40,163 nt of DNA from a virus (lineage: Duplodnaviria > Heunggongvirae > Uroviricota > Caudoviricetes), in IMG/VR virus record IMGVR_UViG_2671180637_000025, positions 1-40,163 of that record. The stretch is one strand, 5' to 3'. Numbering within the stretch: the stretch's first letter is position 1; each line of letters starts with the position of its first letter. Below, one piece after another: positions 27,283 to 34,575 of this stretch. The notes beneath the pieces were generated by a model. The model searched no databases, was not told where the DNA came from, and was given only the letters and a program-made list of their open reading frames with translations. Both the position numbers and the translations under genes were made by a program.

Positions 27283-29081
27283 GTTACTTTGGCCTTAATC
27301 CAGTAAACCAGAATCAGCAGCTTGACGAAGCAGCATCAAATCCAGCTGGCTTTAACAGCGATGTTGGTTTTTTCGACAATGCTGCAGGAGCGGCATTGTC
27401 TGGTTTGTACTCCGGGCTGGTGGCAAAGCCAGATCAGTTGCTATGGGCAGGGATGGATAAAATCGTATCCCCGATTGCTCAGTTTGTTAACGAAAACACC
27501 TCGCTCAATGACACTTCAGTTTCATACATTGCTGAGCAGAGAAAACTAGCAGAGCAGCAGGTTAAGCGGCTGACGCCTGATGCCGCGACAACCGGAACCG
27601 CCGGGCAGGTCCTTTATGGGTTGTTCGATATGGGCGGGCAGGCTGTTGTCGGTACAACGCTCGGTGGTCCGGTCGGAGGTGCTGCGGCGGTAACTTCGCT
27701 ACAGGGTTTTTCTGAGTTTGAACGGCTGACAGCACAGGGTGTTGATTTCAGGACGGCGCAGGAAGCGGGATTAGTGCTGGGTATTACTGCTGGTGCCGGA
27801 ACACTGATCCCTATGAGCCTCGGGTTACGTGCTGGTGGTGCGCTGGCGGAAGGTGTGGCGGCTCAGCTTGCACGGACGGGTGAGAGTTCAGTGCGACGCG
27901 CCGCAGCAACAGCAGTACGTGCAACGCCAGATATTGCCTATGCCGCAGGTACAAATATTGCGTTCGGTATGGCACAGCGTGGGCTTACTGCAAAAACGCT
28001 TCGTGATGGTGGCTATAGCGAAATGGCTAACCAGTATGATGTGTTGGATCGACAGGCAATTGCTATTGATGCTGTTCTTGGGGTGGCGTTTGGTGGTGTC
28101 GGCAGATTTATTAACTCTCGCGGCGAGTCTACAAGCGCCCCAAATTTTTCACCAGTTGATATCGATGCTGCACTGGCGGCGAATGCCGCTCATCATGCTG
28201 AAATTGATATTGCTCCCGGCGTGCCGATCAACGTGCTTTCGCGCAATTCTCACATTCAGGCTCTGCGAAAAGCTATGTCTGATGTTAGCCAGGGGAGACC
28301 TGTAGACGTTGCCAGCATTGTTGAGCCTGCATCTTTCAGTGAAATTCCTGGGCGCAAGAATCTGCTGTCTCAGGCAGTTAATGAGGCTCTGTCATCTGTA
28401 GATGATGGAGTAACGGCGCGTGCTATCGAAAATCGGTTGCTTGAAGAACAGGCTGCGCAGCTTTTGCCGCGTGGCGATAGACAGGTTTACCAGTCTGAAA
28501 TCGCTAATAGCCAACGAATTATCGACAATCTCACTGAACAGCGCGCACAAATTCTTGCAGAAGAGTCAACTGGTAGCGGTAAAGCTTTGTCTCGTGCTCG
28601 ATCAGATAAACAGGTCAGACTTCGCGATATTGACCAACGAATCCGGCAGGCACAAGAACGCCTGGAATTTTCCCGTAACGCGTTGGCACCGCATGAGCCT
28701 GGCGGTCAGTTTTTTGAAGCTCGAGCAGAACTGGCACGGAGACAGCAGGCTGAAAGTGAACTTAATGCTCAGGCTGTTTCATTCTATAAAACAGCAGAGG
28801 TCAGGACGCCAGACGAAGTAGCTCCTTTTGAGCCCGGTAAGATATTGCAACAGGCAGAACAAAAGATGATGGCAGATCCGGCAGGAGATATTGATCTGCG
28901 CATAGCTGAAGACTCGCTGCTTGAATCACCTGACATGATAATCACCGTGCTGGATGATGATGGTAATCCACAATCGCGCAGTGCGCGTGAAGTACTGGAT
29001 GAAGCGAACATGGAAAGTGAGCAGGCAATACAGGATTCCAGCCTGTTTGATGTCGCTGTGGCGTGTTTCTTGAGAGGTTAA
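27279..29081 (+). CDS. Internal virion / ejection protein (gp16-like, part 1)
   Basis: 600 aa; Gly/Ala-rich N-terminal region; ATGA overlap with upstream gene. Confidence 0.5.
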   Translation: MSYFGLNPVNQNQQLDEAASNPAGFNSDVGFFDNAAGAALSGLYSGLVAKPDQLLWAGMDKIVSPIAQFVNENTSLNDTSVSYIAEQRKLAEQQVKRLTPDAATTGTAGQVLYGLFDMGGQAVVGTTLGGPVGGAAAVTSLQGFSEFERLTAQGVDFRTAQEAGLVLGITAGAGTLIPMSLGLRAGGALAEGVAAQLARTGESSVRRAAATAVRATPDIAYAAGTNIAFGMAQRGLTAKTLRDGGYSEMANQYDVLDRQAIAIDAVLGVAFGGVGRFINSRGESTSAPNFSPVDIDAALAANAAHHAEIDIAPGVPINVLSRNSHIQALRKAMSDVSQGRPVDVASIVEPASFSEIPGRKNLLSQAVNEALSSVDDGVTARAIENRLLEEQAAQLLPRGDRQVYQSEIANSQRIIDNLTEQRAQILAEESTGSGKALSRARSDKQVRLRDIDQRIRQAQERLEFSRNALAPHEPGGQFFEARAELARRQQAESELNAQAVSFYKTAEVRTPDEVAPFEPGKILQQAEQKMMADPAGDIDLRIAEDSLLESPDMIITVLDDDGNPQSRSAREVLDEANMESEQAIQDSSLFDVAVACFLRG

Positions 29082-29086
29082 ATTAA

Positions 29087-31534
29087 ATGAGACAGGAATG
29101 TATACAAGCGGTTCAGCAGGCGGCGCAGCGCACGTTAACGGCGCGAGAAATACAGAACATTGAAGACCGCATTTATCGAAATATGCGCTCCATTGCTCGT
29201 GATGACCCGATGTCGTGGAGACAACTTTCCGAATCAGAGCGGCTATATCGAGCAGCACAATTGGCATCTGAAGAATTACAGCGAGAAGCGGCATTAAAGA
29301 AACGTCGTGTGGCCCTCACTATAGCTGCACGTCAGAGATTGGATAAATTTATCAATAGCTATCAAGGGGCTGATGGGAAACTTGGCGCTCTTAACCGTAC
29401 TATTGCTTTTAATGCAGACGGTAAATCGAATTTCCTCTCTGTTGAATCCAGAACAAAAGCCACTCGTGATTATGCATTGAGTCAATTGCAGGAGGCATTC
29501 GAAGCAGTTGATCCCCGCTTTTTTGGTCTGTTTGAAGATGAAGCGGGCGTACGTGACCTGGTATATGAAATGCGGGGGCAAAATACTGGCAATGCTAAAG
29601 CAAGAAAAGGTGCTAAGGCATGGAGAGAAGTTACAGAGCTGCTGCGCCGCCGGTTTAATGATGCTGGTGGGGACATTGGCTATCTCGAAAACTGGGGGAT
29701 CCCTCAACATCATTCTATGGAAAAGGTTGGGGCGGTATCAAAAGATAAATGGGTTAGCGATGTTATAGGTAAGCTGGATCGCAAATATTATACCCGAGCC
29801 GATGGACAACTGATGAACGATGCCGAGTTGTCTGCATTTCTTGGAGAGGCTTATAACACGATCGCTACTGGTGGGCTGAATAAGCTTACTGATACCGGAA
29901 TGCGAATTTCCGGCGCACGTGCTAACCGTGGTAATGCATCACGACAGATACATTTCAAAGATGCAGATTCCTATCTGCAATATCAGCAACTTTATGGCGA
30001 TCGCTCTCTATGGGAAATCATGGTCGGTCACCTGGAAGGTATCAGTAAAGATATTGCACTGGTGGAAACATATGGCCCAAACCCCGATCATGTTTTCCGC
30101 TCTCTTCTTGATCAGGTGAAGGCAGAAACGGCAACAGCTAACCCGAGTAAAACCGGTAAAGTCGAGCGGCTGGCGAACAACACAGAGAATCTGTACAACT
30201 TTATTTCCGGAAAGACACAGCCTGTAGCGAATCCGCACATCGCGCGATGGTCTGACAATATCCGCAACTGGCTGGTTGCCAGCAGACTCGGATCCGCGTT
30301 GCTGTCATCGTTCTCTGATCTTGGAACCATGTATCTGTCTGCGAAGGTTACCAACCTTCCAATGAACCAGTTATTCCGCAACCAGCTTGAAGCTATGGAC
30401 CCAACGAACCGTACAGAACTTGCGCGGGCGCGCCGCGCTGGTCTGGCGATGGAATCTCTACTTGGCAGCGTTAACCGCTGGGCGATGGATAATATGGGGC
30501 CGTCAGTGTCTCGTTGGGCGGCAACGGCGGTAATGCGTGCCAGTGGGCTTACAGCATGGTCAGATGCGCACAAGCGCGCCTATGGCGTAACCATGATGGG
30601 AAGCCTGGGAGAAGTAGTGTCACTGACACCAGACCTTCGTAGCCTCGATGACTCTGATTTTCGTATCCTGAAAAGCAAAGGGATTACTGACACAGACTGG
30701 AGCGTATGGAAGCTGGCGCAACAGGAGGACTGGGGGAACGGTAATAATACGATGCTGACACCGGAAAGCATTATGCGTATCCCTGATTCAGCAGTTAAAC
30801 ATCTTGGTGAGCCTGAGCGCGTGAAATTTGAGGCAATGCGTAAATTGCTCGGTGCCGTAACTGAAGAAGTTGATATGGCTGTTATTACACCGGGAGCTCG
30901 TGAGCAACTGATAACCGGTTCTGGTATTCAGCGTGGAACATGGAAAGGTGAATTAACGAGAAGTGTTTTCCTGTTTAAATCGTTCCCTATCTCGGTTGTT
31001 ATGCGTCACTGGTCACGCGCTATGGGTATGCCGTCTGCTGGTGGGCGTGCGGCATATATTGCGACGTTTATTGCCAGTACGACCATTCTTGGCGCTTTGT
31101 CGCAGCAACTTAACGACCTTGCGTCTGGTCGTAATCCTCGAGAGATGACAGGAGAAGATGCCGCAAAATTCTGGCTTGGTGCTCTACTGAAAGGTGGTGG
31201 TCTTGGCCTTTACGGTGACTTTTTATTGTCAGATCACACTAGGTACGGAAGCGGCGCGCTGGCGTCGATGCTTGGCCCGGTAGCTGGTCTGGTTGATGAC
31301 GTAGTGAAGATTGCTCAGGGCATACCGTTAAATGCTGTGGAAGGGAAGAGTGAGCAGACTGGTGGTGATCTGGTGAAGCTGGGGAAAGGTTTGATGCCAG
31401 GTGCGAATCTCTGGTACTTGAAGGCGGCTCTCGATCACATGATCTTTAACCAGATGCAGGAGTATTTTTCACCAGGCTATTTGCGTAAAATGGAGCAACG
31501 TTCGAAGAAAGAGTTTAATCAGACATACTGGTAG
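29087..31534 (+). CDS. Internal virion / ejection protein (gp16-like, part 2)
   Basis: 815 aa; Gly-rich C-terminal segment; last large gene before the accessory island. Confidence 0.5.
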   Translation: MRQECIQAVQQAAQRTLTAREIQNIEDRIYRNMRSIARDDPMSWRQLSESERLYRAAQLASEELQREAALKKRRVALTIAARQRLDKFINSYQGADGKLGALNRTIAFNADGKSNFLSVESRTKATRDYALSQLQEAFEAVDPRFFGLFEDEAGVRDLVYEMRGQNTGNAKARKGAKAWREVTELLRRRFNDAGGDIGYLENWGIPQHHSMEKVGAVSKDKWVSDVIGKLDRKYYTRADGQLMNDAELSAFLGEAYNTIATGGLNKLTDTGMRISGARANRGNASRQIHFKDADSYLQYQQLYGDRSLWEIMVGHLEGISKDIALVETYGPNPDHVFRSLLDQVKAETATANPSKTGKVERLANNTENLYNFISGKTQPVANPHIARWSDNIRNWLVASRLGSALLSSFSDLGTMYLSAKVTNLPMNQLFRNQLEAMDPTNRTELARARRAGLAMESLLGSVNRWAMDNMGPSVSRWAATAVMRASGLTAWSDAHKRAYGVTMMGSLGEVVSLTPDLRSLDDSDFRILKSKGITDTDWSVWKLAQQEDWGNGNNTMLTPESIMRIPDSAVKHLGEPERVKFEAMRKLLGAVTEEVDMAVITPGAREQLITGSGIQRGTWKGELTRSVFLFKSFPISVVMRHWSRAMGMPSAGGRAAYIATFIASTTILGALSQQLNDLASGRNPREMTGEDAAKFWLGALLKGGGLGLYGDFLLSDHTRYGSGALASMLGPVAGLVDDVVKIAQGIPLNAVEGKSEQTGGDLVKLGKGLMPGANLWYLKAALDHMIFNQMQEYFSPGYLRKMEQRSKKEFNQTYW

Positions 31535-31570
31535 CGACCTCAGGATGTCACTCCGCAATAAGGAAGTGTT

Positions 31571-31744
31571 GTGTTTTTAATTATTTTGAGTGTGATAATT
31601 TCTGGTGGGTTGTTATTTATTGACCGCTACAAATATTTTCTTAACCCTCAGACTCAAGCTATTTGCTGGTTCATCTTTGTTGTGCAGGGAATAGTTCTTG
31701 TTGCAAGCCTTATTGAGGGGAGGCCTCTGATTTTTACTGGGTAA
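31571..31744 (+). CDS. Small membrane protein (57 aa, two predicted TM helices)
   Basis: Not in ORF track; GTG 31571 behind AAGGAAG; translation VFLIILSVIISGGLLFIDRYKYFLNPQTQAICWFIFVVQGIVLVASLIEGRPLIFTG; AT-rich. Confidence 0.35.
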   Translation: MFLIILSVIISGGLLFIDRYKYFLNPQTQAICWFIFVVQGIVLVASLIEGRPLIFTG

Positions 31745-31756
31745 ATAGGTGACTAC

Positions 31757-32047
31757 ATGCAAGCTATAGGATTCATTGTTTATATCGTCGTTGGTCTTTT
31801 TCAGTTGGCAGCAATTATGGCTGGGCTTGAATCATGGTGGGGATTGCACTGGATAATTGCAGCCCCCATTGCTTTCATCGTGAGCTATATTCCATTTGTT
31901 GGAGCGATTGTTGGTATGGTTGGTGCTGTGGATGTATGGCTGTGGGAGTGGTGGCAGGCTGGCCTTCTCTTCTTTGGTGGGATCATCTTTGCTATTGTCT
32001 GCGGTGGAATGTCATCATTTTTCGAACGGCTATCATTCAGAAAATGA
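31757..32047 (+). CDS. Small Trp-rich membrane protein (96 aa, about three TM helices)
   Basis: RBS AGGTGA; strongly hydrophobic; followed by an intrinsic terminator. Confidence 0.55.
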   Translation: MQAIGFIVYIVVGLFQLAAIMAGLESWWGLHWIIAAPIAFIVSYIPFVGAIVGMVGAVDVWLWEWWQAGLLFFGGIIFAIVCGGMSSFFERLSFRK

Positions 32048-32048
32048 A

Positions 32049-32062
32049 CGTGACATGTCACA
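32049..32062. repeat. Copy 3 of 14-bp motif TGTGACATGTCACG (reverse orientation)
   Basis: Plus strand reads CGTGACATGTCACA, the exact reverse complement of copies 1 and 2. Confidence 0.8.
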
Positions 32063-32087
32063 GGCCGCTTTCGCGGCCTTGTTTTTA
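32063..32087 (+). terminator. Intrinsic terminator after the membrane-protein gene
   Basis: Stem AGGCCGC / GCGGCCT with loop TTTC followed by TGTTTTT. Confidence 0.6.
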
Positions 32088-32247
32088 ACGAATGCCACCG
32101 CCGCCAGGGCGGGAATCCGCAGAACGCCCACCGCAGCGGGAGCCGTCAGCAGCAGTGTCGCTGTCGTGCTGACAACGACCGGCAAAGGCCTGAGTTGAAG
32201 CTACCAGAGACAACAAAACGAACAGTGCAGCAAATGCTTTTTTCATT
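32085..32247 (-). CDS. Possible small secreted peptide (53 aa)
   Basis: MKKAFAALFVLLSLVASTQAFA looks like a signal peptide; the mature part is short and another frame is also protein-like, so possibly frameshifted. Confidence 0.25.
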
Positions 32248-32315
32248 GTGAAATTTCCATCTATAAGCCACCTCAATGTGGCGTCAATGAGTGTAGCACT
32301 GACTTTTGTTTCGTC

Positions 32316-32340
32316 CACAAAAAAGCCCGCGGCGCGGGCT
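32316..32340 (-). terminator. Intrinsic terminator closing the two-gene minus-strand operon
   Basis: Stem AGCCCGC / GCGGGCT overlapping the stop codon, T-run on the minus strand. Confidence 0.55.
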
Positions 32341-32717
32341 TAATTAACTTCGAGGATAATAGAATCTTTAGACTTGAATCCCACTTTCCTCATGGCTGTA
32401 ATGACGTTTTGGATAATCCACGTTTTCCCAAACTCTCTTTCGTGTACAATGGCGCAAGGAAAATGAAGGGCGCTTTTGTTGCACTTTATGGTGAAAGTTG
32501 TACCTTCGGCAAAATCCAAAACAGTCTGCAGATGTGCAGATATAAACGATTTAAACACATCTTCAAGCTCAGCAAGAGTAATTGGCGGTTTGTTCCTCTC
32601 GTCGTTCAGGCGTTCATATGCTGCATGAAATGAAAAGTGAATTCTTGCCGCATCTTCTTGCAAGATCTCGTTAATCTCATCCTCAAGATCAATGAGTTGT
32701 TGTTCTGTTATAGACAT
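32340..32717 (-). CDS. Hypothetical protein (125 aa), distal gene of the island operon
   Basis: Overlaps the proximal gene by 10 nt; AT-rich; no recognisable motif. Confidence 0.5.
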   Translation of the reverse strand: MSITEQQLIDLEDEINEILQEDAARIHFSFHAAYERLNDERNKPPITLAELEDVFKSFISAHLQTVLDFAEGTTFTIKCNKSALHFPCAIVHEREFGKTWIIQNVITAMRKVGFKSKDSIILEVN

Positions 32718-32926
32718 AGATAACGGGAGGTCGCCTCACTTATTTTTTGATTTAATTCATCATCATTGGATGCACGTACAGTAGCAACATGCTTACTTTG
32801 GCGTAGGGTCCCAATTCTGATATCAAATTCTTCATTATCGAAAGAGTCAACGAAAACAGCTTTACCAGTTTCTGGATGGTAAAAAGAGGCATAGTTTTGG
32901 TTGAGTTGCATATCAAATTTAAACAT
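32708..32926 (-). CDS. Hypothetical protein (72 aa), proximal gene of the island operon
   Basis: Strong RBS GGGAGG before ATG 32926; operator-like site and TTGATT -35 upstream. Confidence 0.5.
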   Translation of the reverse strand: MFKFDMQLNQNYASFYHPETGKAVFVDSFDNEEFDIRIGTLRQSKHVATVRASNDDELNQKISEATSRYLCL

Positions 32927-33043
32927 ATCATCCTCCCATACGGGAACAGACGTGACTTACATACGGTGTGATTTTGACTAGTTAACTTTCTGCAGCAAAA
33001 CCATCACGGTAACTACAAACTAAAATGTTACAAATCAACTTTC

Positions 33044-33058
33044 TTACCTTTGGGGTAA
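33044..33058. promoter_or_regulatory. Operator-like site TTACCTTTGGGGTAA upstream of the island operon
   Basis: Perfect TTACC-N5-GGTAA about 120 bp upstream of ATG 32926; a degenerate copy at 33003..33017. Confidence 0.5.
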
Positions 33059-33123
33059 TAGTACGCTATTCACCTGCAATCTGTACAGAATTATTTAAAG
33101 GCACATCCCTGTGCCGCCGCCCG

Positions 33124-33810
33124 TCAGAAGAACCATGCCTTGTCGTTGATGTACTCCGCGTGCGTCTGGATATCACGCAGGCATTTGCTCACACCGACGA
33201 TGTAGCAGAACATGGTGGTCAGTTCCGCCGCCGCGCCCGATACATCATGCCCGTCGTCCTGCAACTGGTTTAGCAGATTCATCAGCAGTGAGTTCTCCGT
33301 CAGGCCGAGAACACCAGACGGCGAGTGAATCAGGCTACGGTAGCCTGGCTTCAGTGGGGCACTGTAGGTTTTGTTCTCTATCTTCATTGCCTGCATCACT
33401 GCTGATGCTGTGGCGTTGGCTACCTGGTCGGCAACCATCTTTATGCGTTCTTCCTGCGGGAGCGAGTTTTTAATGTAACTTCCGGTGCGGCGGATCTGAG
33501 GAAGAACCTCACCTGTAACCCATTTACGAAAGCGGTAGGGGATAGTGCCTGGTGTCACTGCGTCGCGGCAGCGGAGGATCAGTGTGTAGAGGCCTGACTC
33601 GTTGATAATATTGGTTTCGCCTTGACGGCCTAAGTTAAATTTAGCCCTTTCATCATCATCAAGAGATTTTATTGACATAGTGGGGTTTGTCAGTTGAAGA
33701 GCTTTAATAACGTCTTTGGCAACAAACCAAGGATTTCCATCAATAACAATGGCTCGAATGGTTGCTTCTGATTCAAAATGAAAAACAGATGGGGTTACGT
33801 TAGCAGTCAT
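33124..33810 (-). CDS. Antirepressor, Bro-N-type N-terminal domain plus C-terminal domain shared with the neighbouring small ORF
   Basis: Start at ATG 33810 behind AGGTGA (track extension to 33963 runs through a terminator); Bro-N signature VFHFESEATIRAIVIDGNPWFVAKDV. Confidence 0.7.
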   Translation of the reverse strand: MTANVTPSVFHFESEATIRAIVIDGNPWFVAKDVIKALQLTNPTMSIKSLDDDERAKFNLGRQGETNIINESGLYTLILRCRDAVTPGTIPYRFRKWVTGEVLPQIRRTGSYIKNSLPQEERIKMVADQVANATASAVMQAMKIENKTYSAPLKPGYRSLIHSPSGVLGLTENSLLMNLLNQLQDDGHDVSGAAAELTTMFCYIVGVSKCLRDIQTHAEYINDKAWFF

Positions 33811-33962
33811 AGTGATCACCTTTGTAGTTAGGTTAATCACCACTACCGACGCCAATCGGTTGGTGGTGAACTGTGCAGGGTTGGCGTAACCGGCTACAAA
33901 GGACCCGGCGCACCTTTCGGTGCCCCCACACAGCCCACCATAGAATAGGTGCGCTTTACACA

Positions 33963-33982
33963 TAAAAAAACCGCTTATGCGG
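33963..33982 (-). terminator. Intrinsic terminator between the two antirepressor genes
   Basis: Stem CCGC / GCGG with loop ATAA followed by eight T on the minus strand. Confidence 0.55.
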
Positions 33983-34076
33983 CATATGTGCCTCTGTAGT
34001 AATCCGGGACGCCAATCCCGGCACTGGATTTTGCCAGTGCCCGATTACTATGGCACAAGAGGAGTGCGATGTAAAT

Positions 34077-34091
34077 TTACCGTAAAGGTAA
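34077..34091. promoter_or_regulatory. Operator-like site TTACCGTAAAGGTAA upstream of the Bro-N antirepressor gene
   Basis: Perfect TTACC-N5-GGTAA. Confidence 0.5.
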
Positions 34092-34122
34092 ATATAAGCA
34101 CTCCTCTTGGTAATTTCAAATC

Positions 34123-34380
34123 TTATCTGGTTTGTTTTCGTAATTGTTCGGCACAATAGTCGAGATGTGTTTGCAGATCCCGCATAGACATCTGTGAGCT
34201 GGTGACGTAGTTAATCAGTGCAGTCAGTTCGGCAAGTGGGCCATCGACATTAAATCCATCCTTATCGAGATCCAGGAGTAATTTCATCAAGTGCGATCCC
34301 TCCACTAGTGATCTGACGCCTCCCGGCGTGTGAATCCTTTCGGTAAATCCGTCTTCCAGTGGATAGTGATACTGCTGCAT
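34123..34380 (-). CDS. Small antirepressor-domain protein (85 aa), SOS-regulated candidate
   Basis: Start at ATG 34380 behind GGAGAAG (track extension to 34503 would cross the LexA box and operator); by-eye ~40-45% identity to the C-terminal ~80 aa of the adjacent antirepressor. Confidence 0.55.
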   Translation of the reverse strand: MQQYHYPLEDGFTERIHTPGGVRSLVEGSHLMKLLLDLDKDGFNVDGPLAELTALINYVTSSQMSMRDLQTHLDYCAEQLRKQTR

Positions 34381-34399
34381 CTTATCTTCTCCATGCAAT

Positions 34400-34419
34400 A
34401 ACTGTATATTTATACAGTA
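34400..34419. promoter_or_regulatory. LexA (SOS) box AACTGTATATTTATACAGTA
   Basis: 19/20 match to the recalled consensus TACTGTATATATATACAGTA; 20 bp upstream of ATG 34380 on the minus strand. Confidence 0.8.
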
Positions 34420-34456
34420 GCAAATAATTTGTTTGCTATCCAGCACGTTTTGCAAA

Positions 34457-34471
34457 TTACCCGAAAGGTAA
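34457..34471. promoter_or_regulatory. Operator-like site TTACCCGAAAGGTAA in the divergent region between small antirepressor gene and tailspike
   Basis: Perfect TTACC-N5-GGTAA; GGTAA half-site also at 34517..34521. Confidence 0.5.
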
Positions 34472-34575
34472 TATCTGTTCGTATTTATAGGTTGTCTATC
34501 CATATGTGGTTTTTCGGGTAATAGAATAACCGGATATGCGGCGCAACGGGTGCTGCGACTATCTGGAGAATTAAC

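Noticed and set aside
33811-33963. 51-codon N-terminal extension of the Bro-N antirepressor
   Set aside because: Would be translated through a terminator hairpin; internal ATG 33810 has a good RBS and begins the Bro-N domain
34381-34503. 41-codon N-terminal extension of the small antirepressor-domain ORF
   Set aside because: Would start upstream of the LexA box and operator; ATG 34380 has GGAG at the right spacing
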